NCBI GenBank assembly: GCA_951406725.2
Contig: OX597822.1
Coordinates: 34,038,001 to 34,102,000 of the forward strand
Source: Octopus vulgaris
Lineage: Eukaryota
DNA length: 64,000 nucleotides
Direction: 5' to 3'
Shown here: one piece after another, positions 52,602 to 64,000 of the stretch
Position numbering within the stretch: the stretch's first letter is position 1
Layout of the letters: the number at the start of each line of letters is the position of its first letter
Notes under the pieces: model-generated
Databases searched by the model: none
What the model saw: only the letters and a program-made list of their open reading frames with translations
Told to the model about the DNA's origin: nothing
Program-made: the position numbers and the translations under genes

Positions 52602-52620
52602 CATAGACACACATACACAA
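51745..52620. repeat. Compound (TA)n/(CA)n/(TCCA)n/(TACA)n microsatellites
   Basis: Seen directly in the sequence. Confidence 0.9.
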
Positions 52621-52623
52621 ACA

Positions 52624-52849
52624 GGAGGGAGTGCTGAAAAGTTCCTGGCTTTAAGGGCATCACAAAAGGCCTAGTTCGAAGCCCAACCTTCCGCGTTCTT
52701 CGACAGGGCTTTAAAAAAAAAATACTGAAGGACCGCTGCAACAAGTGCGTGAATTTGAGAGAGGAATACGTTGAATAAAATCGTGTTTAACTGATTGATC
52801 CTCCTGTATTTTCTTTTGCACAAAGCCAGGAACTTTTCGGCATCCACTC

Positions 52850-52850
<1 letters not shown>
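52624..52850 (+). mobile_element. Internally deleted mariner / MITE
   Basis: TIRs gtgctgaaaagttcctggcttt / aaagccaggaacttttcggcat; internal LKDRCNKCVNLREEYVE* resembles a mariner C-terminus. Confidence 0.8.
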
Positions 52851-52895
<45 letters not shown>

Positions 52896-53173
52896 GACGG
52901 GCTTCTTTTAGTTTCCGTCTACCAATTCCACTCACAAGGCTTTGGTCGGCTCGAGGCTATAGTAGAAGTCACATGCCCAAGGTGCCACGCAGTGGGATTG
53001 GACCCAGAACCATGTGGTTAGGAAGTAAGCTTCTTACCACGCAGACACTCCGTCGATTACGACGACGAGGATTTCAGTTGATCCGATCAAAGGGAAAGTG
53101 ATCATGAAATTAGCTGGTAGATTTGGTGGATTGGTAGACGGAAACTGAAAGAAGGCCGTCGTATATATGTATG

Positions 53174-53256
<83 letters not shown>

Positions 53257-53815
53257 TTGTGTGTCTGTGTTTGTCCCCCCAACATCGCATGACAACCGAT
53301 GCTGGTGTGTTTACGTCCCCGTAACTTAGCAGTTCAGCAAAAGAGACCGATAAAATAAATACTAGGCTTACAAAGAGTAAGTCCTGGGGTCGATTTGCTC
53401 AACTAAAGGCGGTCCTCCAGCATAGCCACAGTCAAATGACTGAAGCAAGTAAAAGTGTAAAAGAGAGTAAAAAGTATATAAGGGTTAAAATGCTATTGTG
53501 GGTCCTCAATTTATTATTTTGCTGCGTGGATCCCAACCCCAAATCTTATATGGACCTTCAGGGACCATATGGACTAACCACTGGGTTAGGTCAAGGATGG
53601 ATCTATGGGTTAGATGAAGGAAGTCTATACCTACCCACGACTACATAGGCACCTGCAGAAGTTTGCGAAAGCATGGTATAAGCTGCCAGGCAATTCTCGC
53701 TCGCGAGTGACGGCTCGGTGGAATTATTGTGTTGTCTATTGGTTACATTGCGGAAATGAAGTGTGGTAGATTCTGGTGATTGAGGAATAAACAATAAGTA
53801 TGTCGTTAACAGTCT

Positions 53816-54225
53816 CATACATACATACATACATACATACATACATACATACATACATACATACATACATACATACATACATACATACATACATACATAC
53901 ATACATACATACATACATACATACATACATACATACATACATACATACATACATACACACACATACATACACATATATACATACATACATACATACATAC
54001 ATACACACAGACAGACATACATACATACATACAGACATACATACATACACACATATATACATACATACATACATACATACATACATACATACATACATAC
54101 ATACATACATACACACACACATACATACATACATACATACACACACACATACATACATACATACATGCATGCATACATACATACATACATACATACATAC
54201 ATACATACATACATACATGTATGTA

Positions 54226-54276
<51 letters not shown>

Positions 54277-54303
54277 ATGTGTGTATGTATATATATATAT
54301 ATG

Positions 54304-54337
<34 letters not shown>

Positions 54338-54357
54338 TGTATGTATGTATGTATGTA

Positions 54358-54390
<33 letters not shown>

Positions 54391-54400
54391 ATAGGTGTGT
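53816..54400. repeat. Long (TACA)n / (TA)n / (TATG)n microsatellite complex
   Basis: About 400 bp of (TACA)n followed by (TA)n and the inverted (TATG)n. Confidence 0.95.
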
Positions 54401-54546
54401 ATGTATAAATGGTAACAGATATCATAGCTATGCAGTAATGGTGATAGTGATGGTGCTTGAAGACAGCTGAAGAACGCGACATTTCTACAAGGCGCGTGGC
54501 GTGTACACGTGCGTGTTTGTATATATGCACGATGTGAGTTTGTGTG

Positions 54547-54594
<48 letters not shown>

Positions 54595-55278
54595 ACATAT
54601 GCGCGCGCGTGTGTGTCTGGAGGTGTAAGAAAATTTTTAAGTTTTGTTTATTTTCTGTTCATTGTCTAACGATTAGGTAACTCTAATATGTGCACGTGTG
54701 TGTGTTTGTGCGTGTGTATATGCGTGCGTGTGTGTGTGAGAATGAGTGAGTGTGTGTGTGCAAGCGAGCACGTGTGTGAGTGTATATGTGAACATGTTTG
54801 TATGTAGCTGATACAGGAAACGGTAAATTTGTGTAACGTTTTAGAGATGTTTATTTTGAAGCAACGTCTACGAAGAAGTGGAGAAAAATGTCAAATAAAC
54901 TCACAACAGTACGAATGTATAATATTAGTATCAGTATTAATAGTAGTTACATGTTTCAATACAAAGTATGTGTGTGCGTGGAAATACGCTGGCATATTTC
55001 GTATCCGCTGGTAGACGCACATGTATACGCATTAGTGATAATTTAATATCAATGTGTCTGTCTGTCTCTGCTGTCTGCTTCCTTCTCAACCACATATACG
55101 CACGCGTATGCGTATCATGTGTCCGCTTATATGCATAATACATATGTGTGTTTACAATACATATAATAATTATATATAATAACAAAGGGTAAAATTAATT
55201 AATTGAGAAGTAATCAATAATTTCACCAAGTAGAATTCGGCATGAAAAAAAGGACCATTTCATGGTAAACTTATGTAA

Positions 55279-55517
55279 TACTTAGTAAACAGGGTTCAGC
55301 AAAGATTTGCTTTACCACATACCCAAGTTCAGAAATAGCAGCCACAAAACGTTAGCTATTTCTTCTACTTTAAAAAGGGACTCCCAGAAAAAACCAAAAT
55401 ACTTGAATACGGGAGTCCCTTTTTAACGTAGAAGAAATAGCTAACGTTTTTTGGTTGCTATTTCTAAACTTCGGCGTGTGGTAAAGCAAATCTTTGCTGA
55501 ACCTTATTTACTAAGTA
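55279..55517. repeat. Long inverted repeat (107-bp arms, 25-bp spacer)
   Basis: tacttagtaaa...aaagggactccc / gggagtccctttt...tttactaagta. Confidence 0.88.
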
Positions 55518-55527
55518 ATAATATATA

Positions 55528-55974
55528 TATAACATAAGGGGGATCAGCCATCTGAATGTGGCTAGGGACAGGGCGGGGTGGTGGGTGTGTTACTGATGCA
55601 TTTAGCCCCAGGCGATCATCGACGTCACCAGAAGGGCTGACACCATCACGGTGTCCTTGCCAGCCTGCAAAGGGAGATCAGCCTCCCCGAAGATACGGAT
55701 ACTACATACGGACCGGTTTCGAGGTAATTGCCTCTTATCAACGCATGGTAAGCACCGTTCTTCGTTGAGGGACTTCCTCTACAGGCTGGATATATATGGA
55801 TTTTCACAGTAAACACATTTACTGATGTAGAAAAACCGTTCGATAACAATAATAAATCTCTGAGCGAGATATAAACAGTAACTGCTCTATAACATAGGGG
55901 GGATCAGCCATCTGAATGTGGCTATGGACAGGGCGGGGTGGTGGGTGTGTTACTGATGCATTTAGCCCCAGGCG

Positions 55975-55979
<5 letters not shown>
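55528..55979 (-). mobile_element. Putative non-LTR retrozyme / Penelope-dependent element: 360-bp unit plus 92-bp direct terminal repeat
   Basis: 55528-55619 matches 55888-55979 with 2 mismatches, exactly 360 bp apart. Flanked by (TA)n. Contains an internal hammerhead. Confidence 0.7.
55705..55747 (-). ncRNA. Minimal type I hammerhead ribozyme, U3-A8 core variant
   Basis: Minus strand reads CAUGCG-UUGAUAA-GAGG(caauua)CCUC-GAAA-CCGGUC^CGUAUG: 6-bp stem I, 4-bp stem II, palindromic ACCGGU stem III. Predicted cleavage between 55711 and 55710. Confidence 0.75.
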
Positions 55980-56037
<58 letters not shown>

Positions 56038-56039
<2 letters not shown>

Positions 56040-56318
56040 GAGCAAAATGCCGGCTTTTTTTTTTGCGCAAGCTGCACGTGCATTTTTCTCGCGTACGCGT
56101 AGTATCGATCGCAACAGCTGATGTACTTGCGCGTACAAATGCATGTTGCCACGGCTTTATTGATCGCATTCTCACCTGGAATCGATTTTTGTAATTTTTT
56201 CAAGACTTATACACGCTCTGATGCCATTAGTATCCACATATCAAATTTGATTGCAATCGGATGGAGGATGCTCAAAATCCTAGAAGACACACATACAGAA
56301 CAGATTTTATATAAAATA
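56038..56318 (-). mobile_element. Probable non-autonomous Helitron-like element
   Basis: Minus strand begins TATATAAAATCTG + short (TG) repeat and ends gccggc...CTCGT (CTAGT-like); embedded in (TA)n. Confidence 0.45.
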
Positions 56319-56324
56319 TATATG

Positions 56325-56377
<53 letters not shown>

Positions 56378-56591
56378 TCTTTTACTCTTTTACTTGTTTC
56401 AGTCATTTGACTGTGGCCATGCTGGAGCACCGCCTTTAGTCGAGCAAATCGACCCCAGGACTTATTCTTTGTAAGCCTAGTACTTATTCTATCGGTCTCT
56501 TTTGCCAAACCGCTAAGTTACGGGGACATAAACACACCAGCATCGGTTGTCAAGCGATGTTGGAGGGACAAACACAAACACACAAACATAT

Positions 56592-56624
<33 letters not shown>

Positions 56625-56816
56625 CACATATATACAAACGGGCTTCTTTCAGTTTCCGTCTACAAAATCCACTCACAAGGCTTTGGTCGGCTCGAGTAGA
56701 AGACACTTGCCCAAGATGCCACGCTGGAACCCGGAACCATGTGGTTGGTAAGCAAGCTACTTACCATACACACACACATACATATATATTTCACTGGATT
56801 GGTTTATATGTATATA

Positions 56817-56866
<50 letters not shown>

Positions 56867-56955
56867 ACTTTTGTGTCTAGGTATTGTACGCACACACACA
56901 TGTACATATATACTATACATGCACACAAGCACATACACACATACACACACATAAA

Positions 56956-57018
<63 letters not shown>

Positions 57019-57179
57019 GAAAGAATGGAGTCGAACGACGATTCAACAAAATTCCTTTATTCTCGACACATGATTCTGCCCTTGGCATGTAGCTTCAACC
57101 GTGCTTTCTGACGTAAATTTGCTACCCGGGTATCGGTTAACCGAATTATCCATACTAGGATAATTCATTCAGCTACTTA

Positions 57180-57240
<61 letters not shown>

Positions 57241-57709
57241 ATAGACACTCCACTGCGCTTCTTCACAACTAACGACATGTTCTCATTTTTATCATTTCAT
57301 TGTTATTCATTTCCAGTGTGTGTGTGTGTGTTTTTGTGTGTGTGTTTGTGCGCGTGTGTTATCTGTTAGTGGGCCAGTCGAGAGGTAGGTATGTCAACTT
57401 TCCTGAGCTCAATTAGAACTGAAATAAGATAATTTATTGCATATTAACGAGTGAGAGAGAGAAAGATGAGGAGGTAGAGATGTTGTTGATGGATAGCATC
57501 GAGTGAAAGAGAGAGAGTGCTAGAAATAGAAAAGATTTATTTCTTAGAAAAGATTGCCAAAGAATATGAAAGTCTCTGGTGTGTTTTTACAGGTTTTATT
57601 AAAAGTGCAGAACTTATGTCACAGCTTTTATAATACGGGAATAATAGCCGTTGAAGTGGCATCGTACACGTGTGGTGTATATAAGTATAAATGTAGATAC
57701 ATACATATA

Positions 57710-57780
<71 letters not shown>

Positions 57781-57790
57781 TATATATATA

Positions 57791-57868
<78 letters not shown>

Positions 57869-59137
57869 CAGGGTGCGTAATATATTTGAGGACAGATTTA
57901 TGTTTATTAAAAAAAAACAAATATATAATAACAGATAATAACTGTTTATCAAAAAATGTTATGAGGATAAAAATAAAACTTCTTTTCTATAATGTTATTC
58001 AATAAAGCCACCTTCAGCTTCAACAACTGCTTCTATATGAGATCTAAATCATTTACATACTCGAATCAAGTGTTCCTGGTTTATTTTGGACATCACTCTG
58101 ACTATGCCAGCTTTCAAAGAATCTTTGCTATCATGGGCATGTTCATTGACCTCTCTCTCAACAACGCTCTACATGTAATAGTCCAATGGATTGAGATCTG
58201 GCGAATTAGGAGGCCAAATGTTAGGGGTTATGTGATCATGAAAATCTTCAGCCATCCATTCCTGTGTTTCTAGAACCATGTGTGATAATGCAGAGTTTTA
58301 CTGAAAAACATATAGCCTTCCATTGCATACACTGTCTATCCAGAGGTTAACAATTATTTCCAGGACCTCAACGTCGGTGGCAGAGTTAACTCTAAGGCGT
58401 TGTGGAAAGAAGTAGGGAGGCATCACATGTCCTTCATTGCTGAAAACCCCTAAAACCATGACAGTTGCAGGAAATTTTGTATGCATAACACTTGGAACTT
58501 CTGAAGGGTCTGCACATAACCATCTGTCATTTCTTCTGTTAACTTTTTGGTCTTGGTCGAAGTTCATCTCGTTTGAGAAAAACTAAATCGAATCTTCTTC
58601 TGCTGGATTTTTCAGTTTGTTTAAGAGCCTTTTAAATCTGATGTAATGATTTTCTTTTGCTTTTTCTGACAAATTGTCCTTTCCTCATCATATAAGACTT
58701 GTATCTGATGTCTTCATGGACAACATTTCTGATTGTTCCTTCTGATACATGGAGATCTTTTGCAATTGACCTCATGGGCTTTCTGGGATTGTAACTAATG
58801 GTCTGTTGAACTTGTTGGATAAATTCAGGTGTTTTGATGATTTCAGAACATTTAGAATGCTTTTTATGCTTTGAAACTGGTGACACATTTCCATTTTCAG
58901 TCTCTAGCTCCTTTACAAACTTTGTAGACGAAAGATCTGGCAACTTCTAAAAGTCAAGATATTCCTTAATTGTTATGCTCAGCTTCTATAACCCCAATAA
59001 CAGTACGCCTCTTCATTTCTTGAGTAAGCTGAGGGTCTGCAATTATTATTTTCTGAAACAAAGATTATACAGAGTTAGCAAAAAAATACTGCAGTGACCC
59101 CAAAAAAGGTATGTCCTCAAATACCTTACGCATCCTG
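57869..59137 (-). mobile_element. Full-length but inactive Tc1/mariner transposon, DD37D (maT) family
   Basis: About 26-bp TIRs (cagggtgcgtaatatatttgaggaca / caggatgcgtaaggtatttgaggaca) and TA TSD. Transposase pseudogene with VMVLG and FQ*NSALSH-x-WPPNSPDLNPLDYY; 37 residues separate the 2nd and 3rd catalytic positions. Confidence 0.9.
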
Positions 59138-59908
59138 TATATAGTTTATATTCATTTAAAAGAAGAAAGTGGAGATTGGGAAATTAATAATTGTTTATTA
59201 TTAACAGAAAATTGGTCATTTTATATATACCTATTATTTTAACGAAGTTCATTTCCCCAAAATAATTGGTATTGAACCAGTATTTCCATGGATGAAACCA
59301 TCCCTTCATGAGGTTAACACAACCGCTGATTAAATTTTATAAGTCATGCTTTTTAATTTTATAAGTCATGCTCACTTTCCCTTCTCTTTTCACTTCACTG
59401 TGTCCCTGTCATTTTTCTCGCCCCTCCTTATTTCTTCTGTCCCTCTGCCTCTACTTCTTTCTCTTCTCTACCTACGTGACCGGTGTTTGGCCAAGCCTAA
59501 CCTTTATTTCTTGGTTCGGCCGCTGTCCATACAACATCTATATTCCTCCCCGTACCTTTGAAAAAAGTACCCCCGCCGTAAGGCTTTACTTCCACACAAT
59601 CCAGCTTAATTTAATTCGTCCTTAGTCGAAGGACACCTGTTGTTGTGTCCTGTTATTTGTATTGTGTAACATTCTCCGTTTCTTTTCAGTCCTTGTTTTC
59701 GTATACATTCCTTGCTTTCTTCCAAAGAATCTAATGCTCTTAGCTTAGTTTTTCCTTGGGGCTGGCCAGGCTGGAGCAATTTGGAGTATAACCAGCCGAA
59801 ATTGCAAAGATAATATGGAACTCGACTGAGGAAAGAAAATTTCTAATCACTCGTCCTTGTTTTCTTTGTATCGTCTATCTGGATGTTTTGTTGTCCCATT
59901 TTTTGTAT

Positions 59909-59995
<87 letters not shown>

Positions 59996-60669
59996 TACAT
60001 CTCATTAATTACAGAAGCAATCCCCGGACAAGGCTGGTTGGTGATGAGAACTCCAGCATGGCTCTCTTTTGACGCATTCCGGATTGGTTGTCAGTTAACG
60101 TACTGGCGGGATGCCAATTTATATCTTGTGAATAATTACGGTCCGAATGTTTTGTTATAATTACAGACATGAAACTTGTTTTTATGTCGACATTTAGACG
60201 AAACTCGGACTTTCTATTTAGAATGTCTGCTTTTTCGTCAATATTTGGAAAAGGCATTTTTGTCCGTTATAATATTTGTTATAGCAGGCTGAGTGTTTCC
60301 GATTATAGTGGTGGTTGGAATGATAATAGCAGTAGTGGTGATGATGAAGTCGTAATTAATAGCGATGATGGTAGTGATGGTGGTTATGGGAGTTCTTGTT
60401 ACTGCTGTTGTTGTTTAAGCCCAAGTTAACTGTAATCGAGATAAACTCTGATCAAGGACATTCTAGCTTTAACCATCACATCTTTTTCTTTTGTACAGGA
60501 AAACAAACTCTGGAGACCATGTTAATTTAATGACTCTCGTTTTAAAGACCACAATTTTGCTGCTATTTTTAGCTAATGGAGTTACTATGAAGATGTTTCA
60601 TCGTTGGATCGTATGAGATGTTGATGATAGTAATATCAACGATCGCTGTGGAATTAATACCAGGCGTTA

Positions 60670-61127
<458 letters not shown>

Positions 61128-61519
61128 ACAGAAGCCGCAGTAGGAGGGTTGACTCGGTTTCATATGTTCATGAATACACACACCTAAGAAGTTTAACGGG
61201 TGGGGATGTAATCTGGTCGTACATACAACCAATATTTTCTTTTTTTCATCCTTAGAAATTTAATCCAAAACCAAGGCCAAACTCAGGAACCAATCTTCTA
61301 TTTTCCCTTTTTTTTTCTTTTCCTGTTTTTTCTTTTGCTTACCCATGCCATTCTGTCGCAGTACCCCCCAGCCTTTCACCAGCTCGGCATCTCGGAATCT
61401 TAGCCTCTCAACATCTCGCTAGCTCAAACATCTCAAAACATTTCATTCTCAATAACGCTTCTTTTCAGAAGTAATTTGAAATCTCAGCTGATTGTTTATC
61501 TTCCTTACTCGGTTTCAAG

Positions 61520-61616
61520 TAGTGAAAGGATTTCTGCTAAATCAATATACATATATATATATGTATGTAGTATGTATGAGTGTGTGTATATATATATATG
61601 TATATATAAATATATG

Positions 61617-61698
<82 letters not shown>

Positions 61699-61875
61699 TG
61701 ACATGCACACACACACACATAAATGTGTGTGTGTATGAGTGTGTACACACACACACACATATGCATTAAATGATATTTTTGGTGGTTTATGTATCTACTT
61801 CGGCATTTATCTATGTGGGTATATGTGTGTATATACATATATACATACACGCATATATATGTATATATATATATG

Positions 61876-61912
<37 letters not shown>

Positions 61913-62095
61913 CAGTTATCATTAAACACATACACGCACACAGGCATAACCACACACACACATATATATATATGCCACATACACACACACAGACATATAT
62001 CTCGGCATGCGTATATATATACATACTATATGTATACATACTATATAAGTGTGTGTGTGCGTGCGTGCGTGTGTGTGTGTGTGTGTGTATACATA
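61520..62095. repeat. (TA)n/(TG)n/(CA)n microsatellite field
   Basis: Seen directly in the sequence. Confidence 0.9.
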
Positions 62096-62795
62096 TATCG
62101 ATTTACATCCGCATGCAATGCATCGCAAACTGAAAATTACGGCGAACGCCTCATCACCTCATCTTCTGATATGGTTTGAAGATGATGGCATCATGTATTA
62201 AATATCTGATTGCTAAAGGAATACCGCTCTATCATGTGAAATGTAGGTGGTGAGTCTTAAACAAGTGTAAATGAAGATTTCTTCATATTACTCGCGCAGC
62301 AATAGTGAAAAGTACTTTGAAACATTTGAGGACGCTGAATGTCTCAGATTCATAGGAAGATTGCATAAGTGCTGTTAGTGATGTATATATGAGTAGCTGT
62401 GTGGTAAGTAGTTTGCTTACCAACCACATGGTTCTGTGTTCAGTCCCACTGCGTGGCACCTTGGGCAAGTGTCTTCTACTATAGCCTCGGGCCGACCAAA
62501 GCCTTGTGAGTGGATTTGGTAGGCGGAAACTGGAAGAAGCCCGTCGTATATATATGTATATATATATATGTATGTATGTGTTTGCATGTCTGTGTTTGTC
62601 CCCCCCCCCAAACATCGCTTGACAACCGATGCTGGTGTGTTTACGTCCCCGTAAATTAGCGGTTCGGCAAAAGAGACCGATAGAATAAGTACTAGGCTTA
62701 CGAAGAATAAGCCCTTGGGTCGATTTGTTTGACTAAAAGTGTTGCTCTAGCAGGGCCACAGTCACATGACTGAAACAAGTAAAAGTGTAAAAGAG

Positions 62796-62827
<32 letters not shown>

Positions 62828-62872
62828 TCTATTCTTATACCCTTTTACATGTTTCAGGACTAAGTATATATT

Positions 62873-63084
62873 CAGTAATCCATCCACTATCTCAGGTGTT
62901 ACGTTCCGAAACCTCCCAACAGAAATAGCTAAAATCTGAAAAAAATGTGTAAATATATATCGGGCGCAGAAATCTGGATATACTGAAGAGTCCTCAAAAT
63001 AAATTTACATAATATTAACCCGAAAAATCCGCGACATATTCAGTGCGCAATAGGTGAACCGCGAAATGGCGAGGTATTACGATG
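62873..63084. mobile_element. Degenerate Tigger/pogo-like MITE
   Basis: Imperfect TIRs cagtaatcc... / ...cgaggtattac. Confidence 0.45.
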
Positions 63085-63086
63085 TA

Positions 63087-63196
<110 letters not shown>

Positions 63197-63352
63197 CATA
63201 ATGGGAACAGGCGTTGCTGTGTGGTAAGAAGCTTGCTTCCCAAGCACGTAGTTTCCGGGTTCAGTCCCACTGCGTGACTTCTACTATAGCCAAGCCTATA
63301 TACCAAAGCCTGGTGAGAGGATTTAGTAGACGGAGACTAAAAGAAGCCCGTC

Positions 63353-63402
<50 letters not shown>

Positions 63403-63682
63403 GTATATGTTTGTATGTCTGTGTTTGTCCCACCACCAACGCTTGACAACTGATGTTGGTGTGTTTACGTCCCCGTTACTTAGCGATTCGGGAAAAGAGA
63501 CGGATAGAATAAGTACTAGGCTAATGAAAAAGAAAAGTCCTGGGGTTGATTCGTTCGACTAAAGATGGTATTCCAGCATGGCCACAATCAAATGACTGAA
63601 ATGAATAAAAAAAATGAACGAATAAAGGAATATATATATGTATATGTATGAATATATATATATGTACGTATGTATGCATGTG

Positions 63683-63734
<52 letters not shown>

Positions 63735-64000
63735 TTTTGAATCGAAACAGCTGTCAGAGATGATGTCCTATTATAATTAATTCAGTTATCTCTCTATATT
63801 CATATTTTCTTAAATATATATATATATATGCTTCAAATACGAGACTAGAAGAACAGCCAACAACTGATGAAGGGTCGTTCTTTATGTCTGGTTTGTTTTC
63901 TTTTTGTGTCTGTCATTGTTCGATGTACTTCTGCTCCATATTTTTTGTTGTACACGTTTCTTGACGTCCTGTGCCCACATATGCATGTAAATGTAAGTAT

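Noticed and set aside
51680-54596. Long ORFs such as 53736..54596 (286 aa) and 53603..54214
   Set aside because: They are translations of (TACA)n/(TA)n/(CA)n microsatellites.
59760-59815. ggctgg...ccagcc-GAAA stem resembling hammerhead stem II
   Set aside because: The upstream core reads CTGGCCA rather than CTGANGA and stem I is unclear.
63744-63870. GAAACAGCTGTC followed later by CTGATGA
   Set aside because: Looks like separate halves of Penelope-type hammerhead motifs; no complete fold could be assembled.

Overview
Eukaryotic, AT-rich, repeat-saturated genomic DNA. The SINE repertoire and microsatellite load point to an octopus/coleoid cephalopod (inference, not verified). One host gene is present on the + strand: the 3' 13 coding exons of CDK11 (PITSLRE kinase), 15933-45073. 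They splice in frame with GT-AG introns into about 596 codons ending GPGFSLKF*, with a poly(A) signal at about 45305. The 5' exons were not found and probably lie upstream of the window. The rest is mobile DNA: several tRNA-derived SINE families, RTE, CR1 and L2-like LINE fragments, hAT, piggyBac, pogo and mariner MITEs with target-site duplications, a full-length decayed DD37D (maT) transposon, Helitron/Helentron derivatives and Penelope-like remnants. The most notable non-coding signal is a 360-bp unit with 92-bp terminal redundancy at 55528-55979. On its minus strand a minimal type I hammerhead ribozyme with a compensatory U3-A8 core caps a long G-U-containing rod, the architecture of a non-LTR retrozyme. 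A second U3-A8 hammerhead-like motif, capping a different long hairpin, lies antisense in a CDK11 intron.
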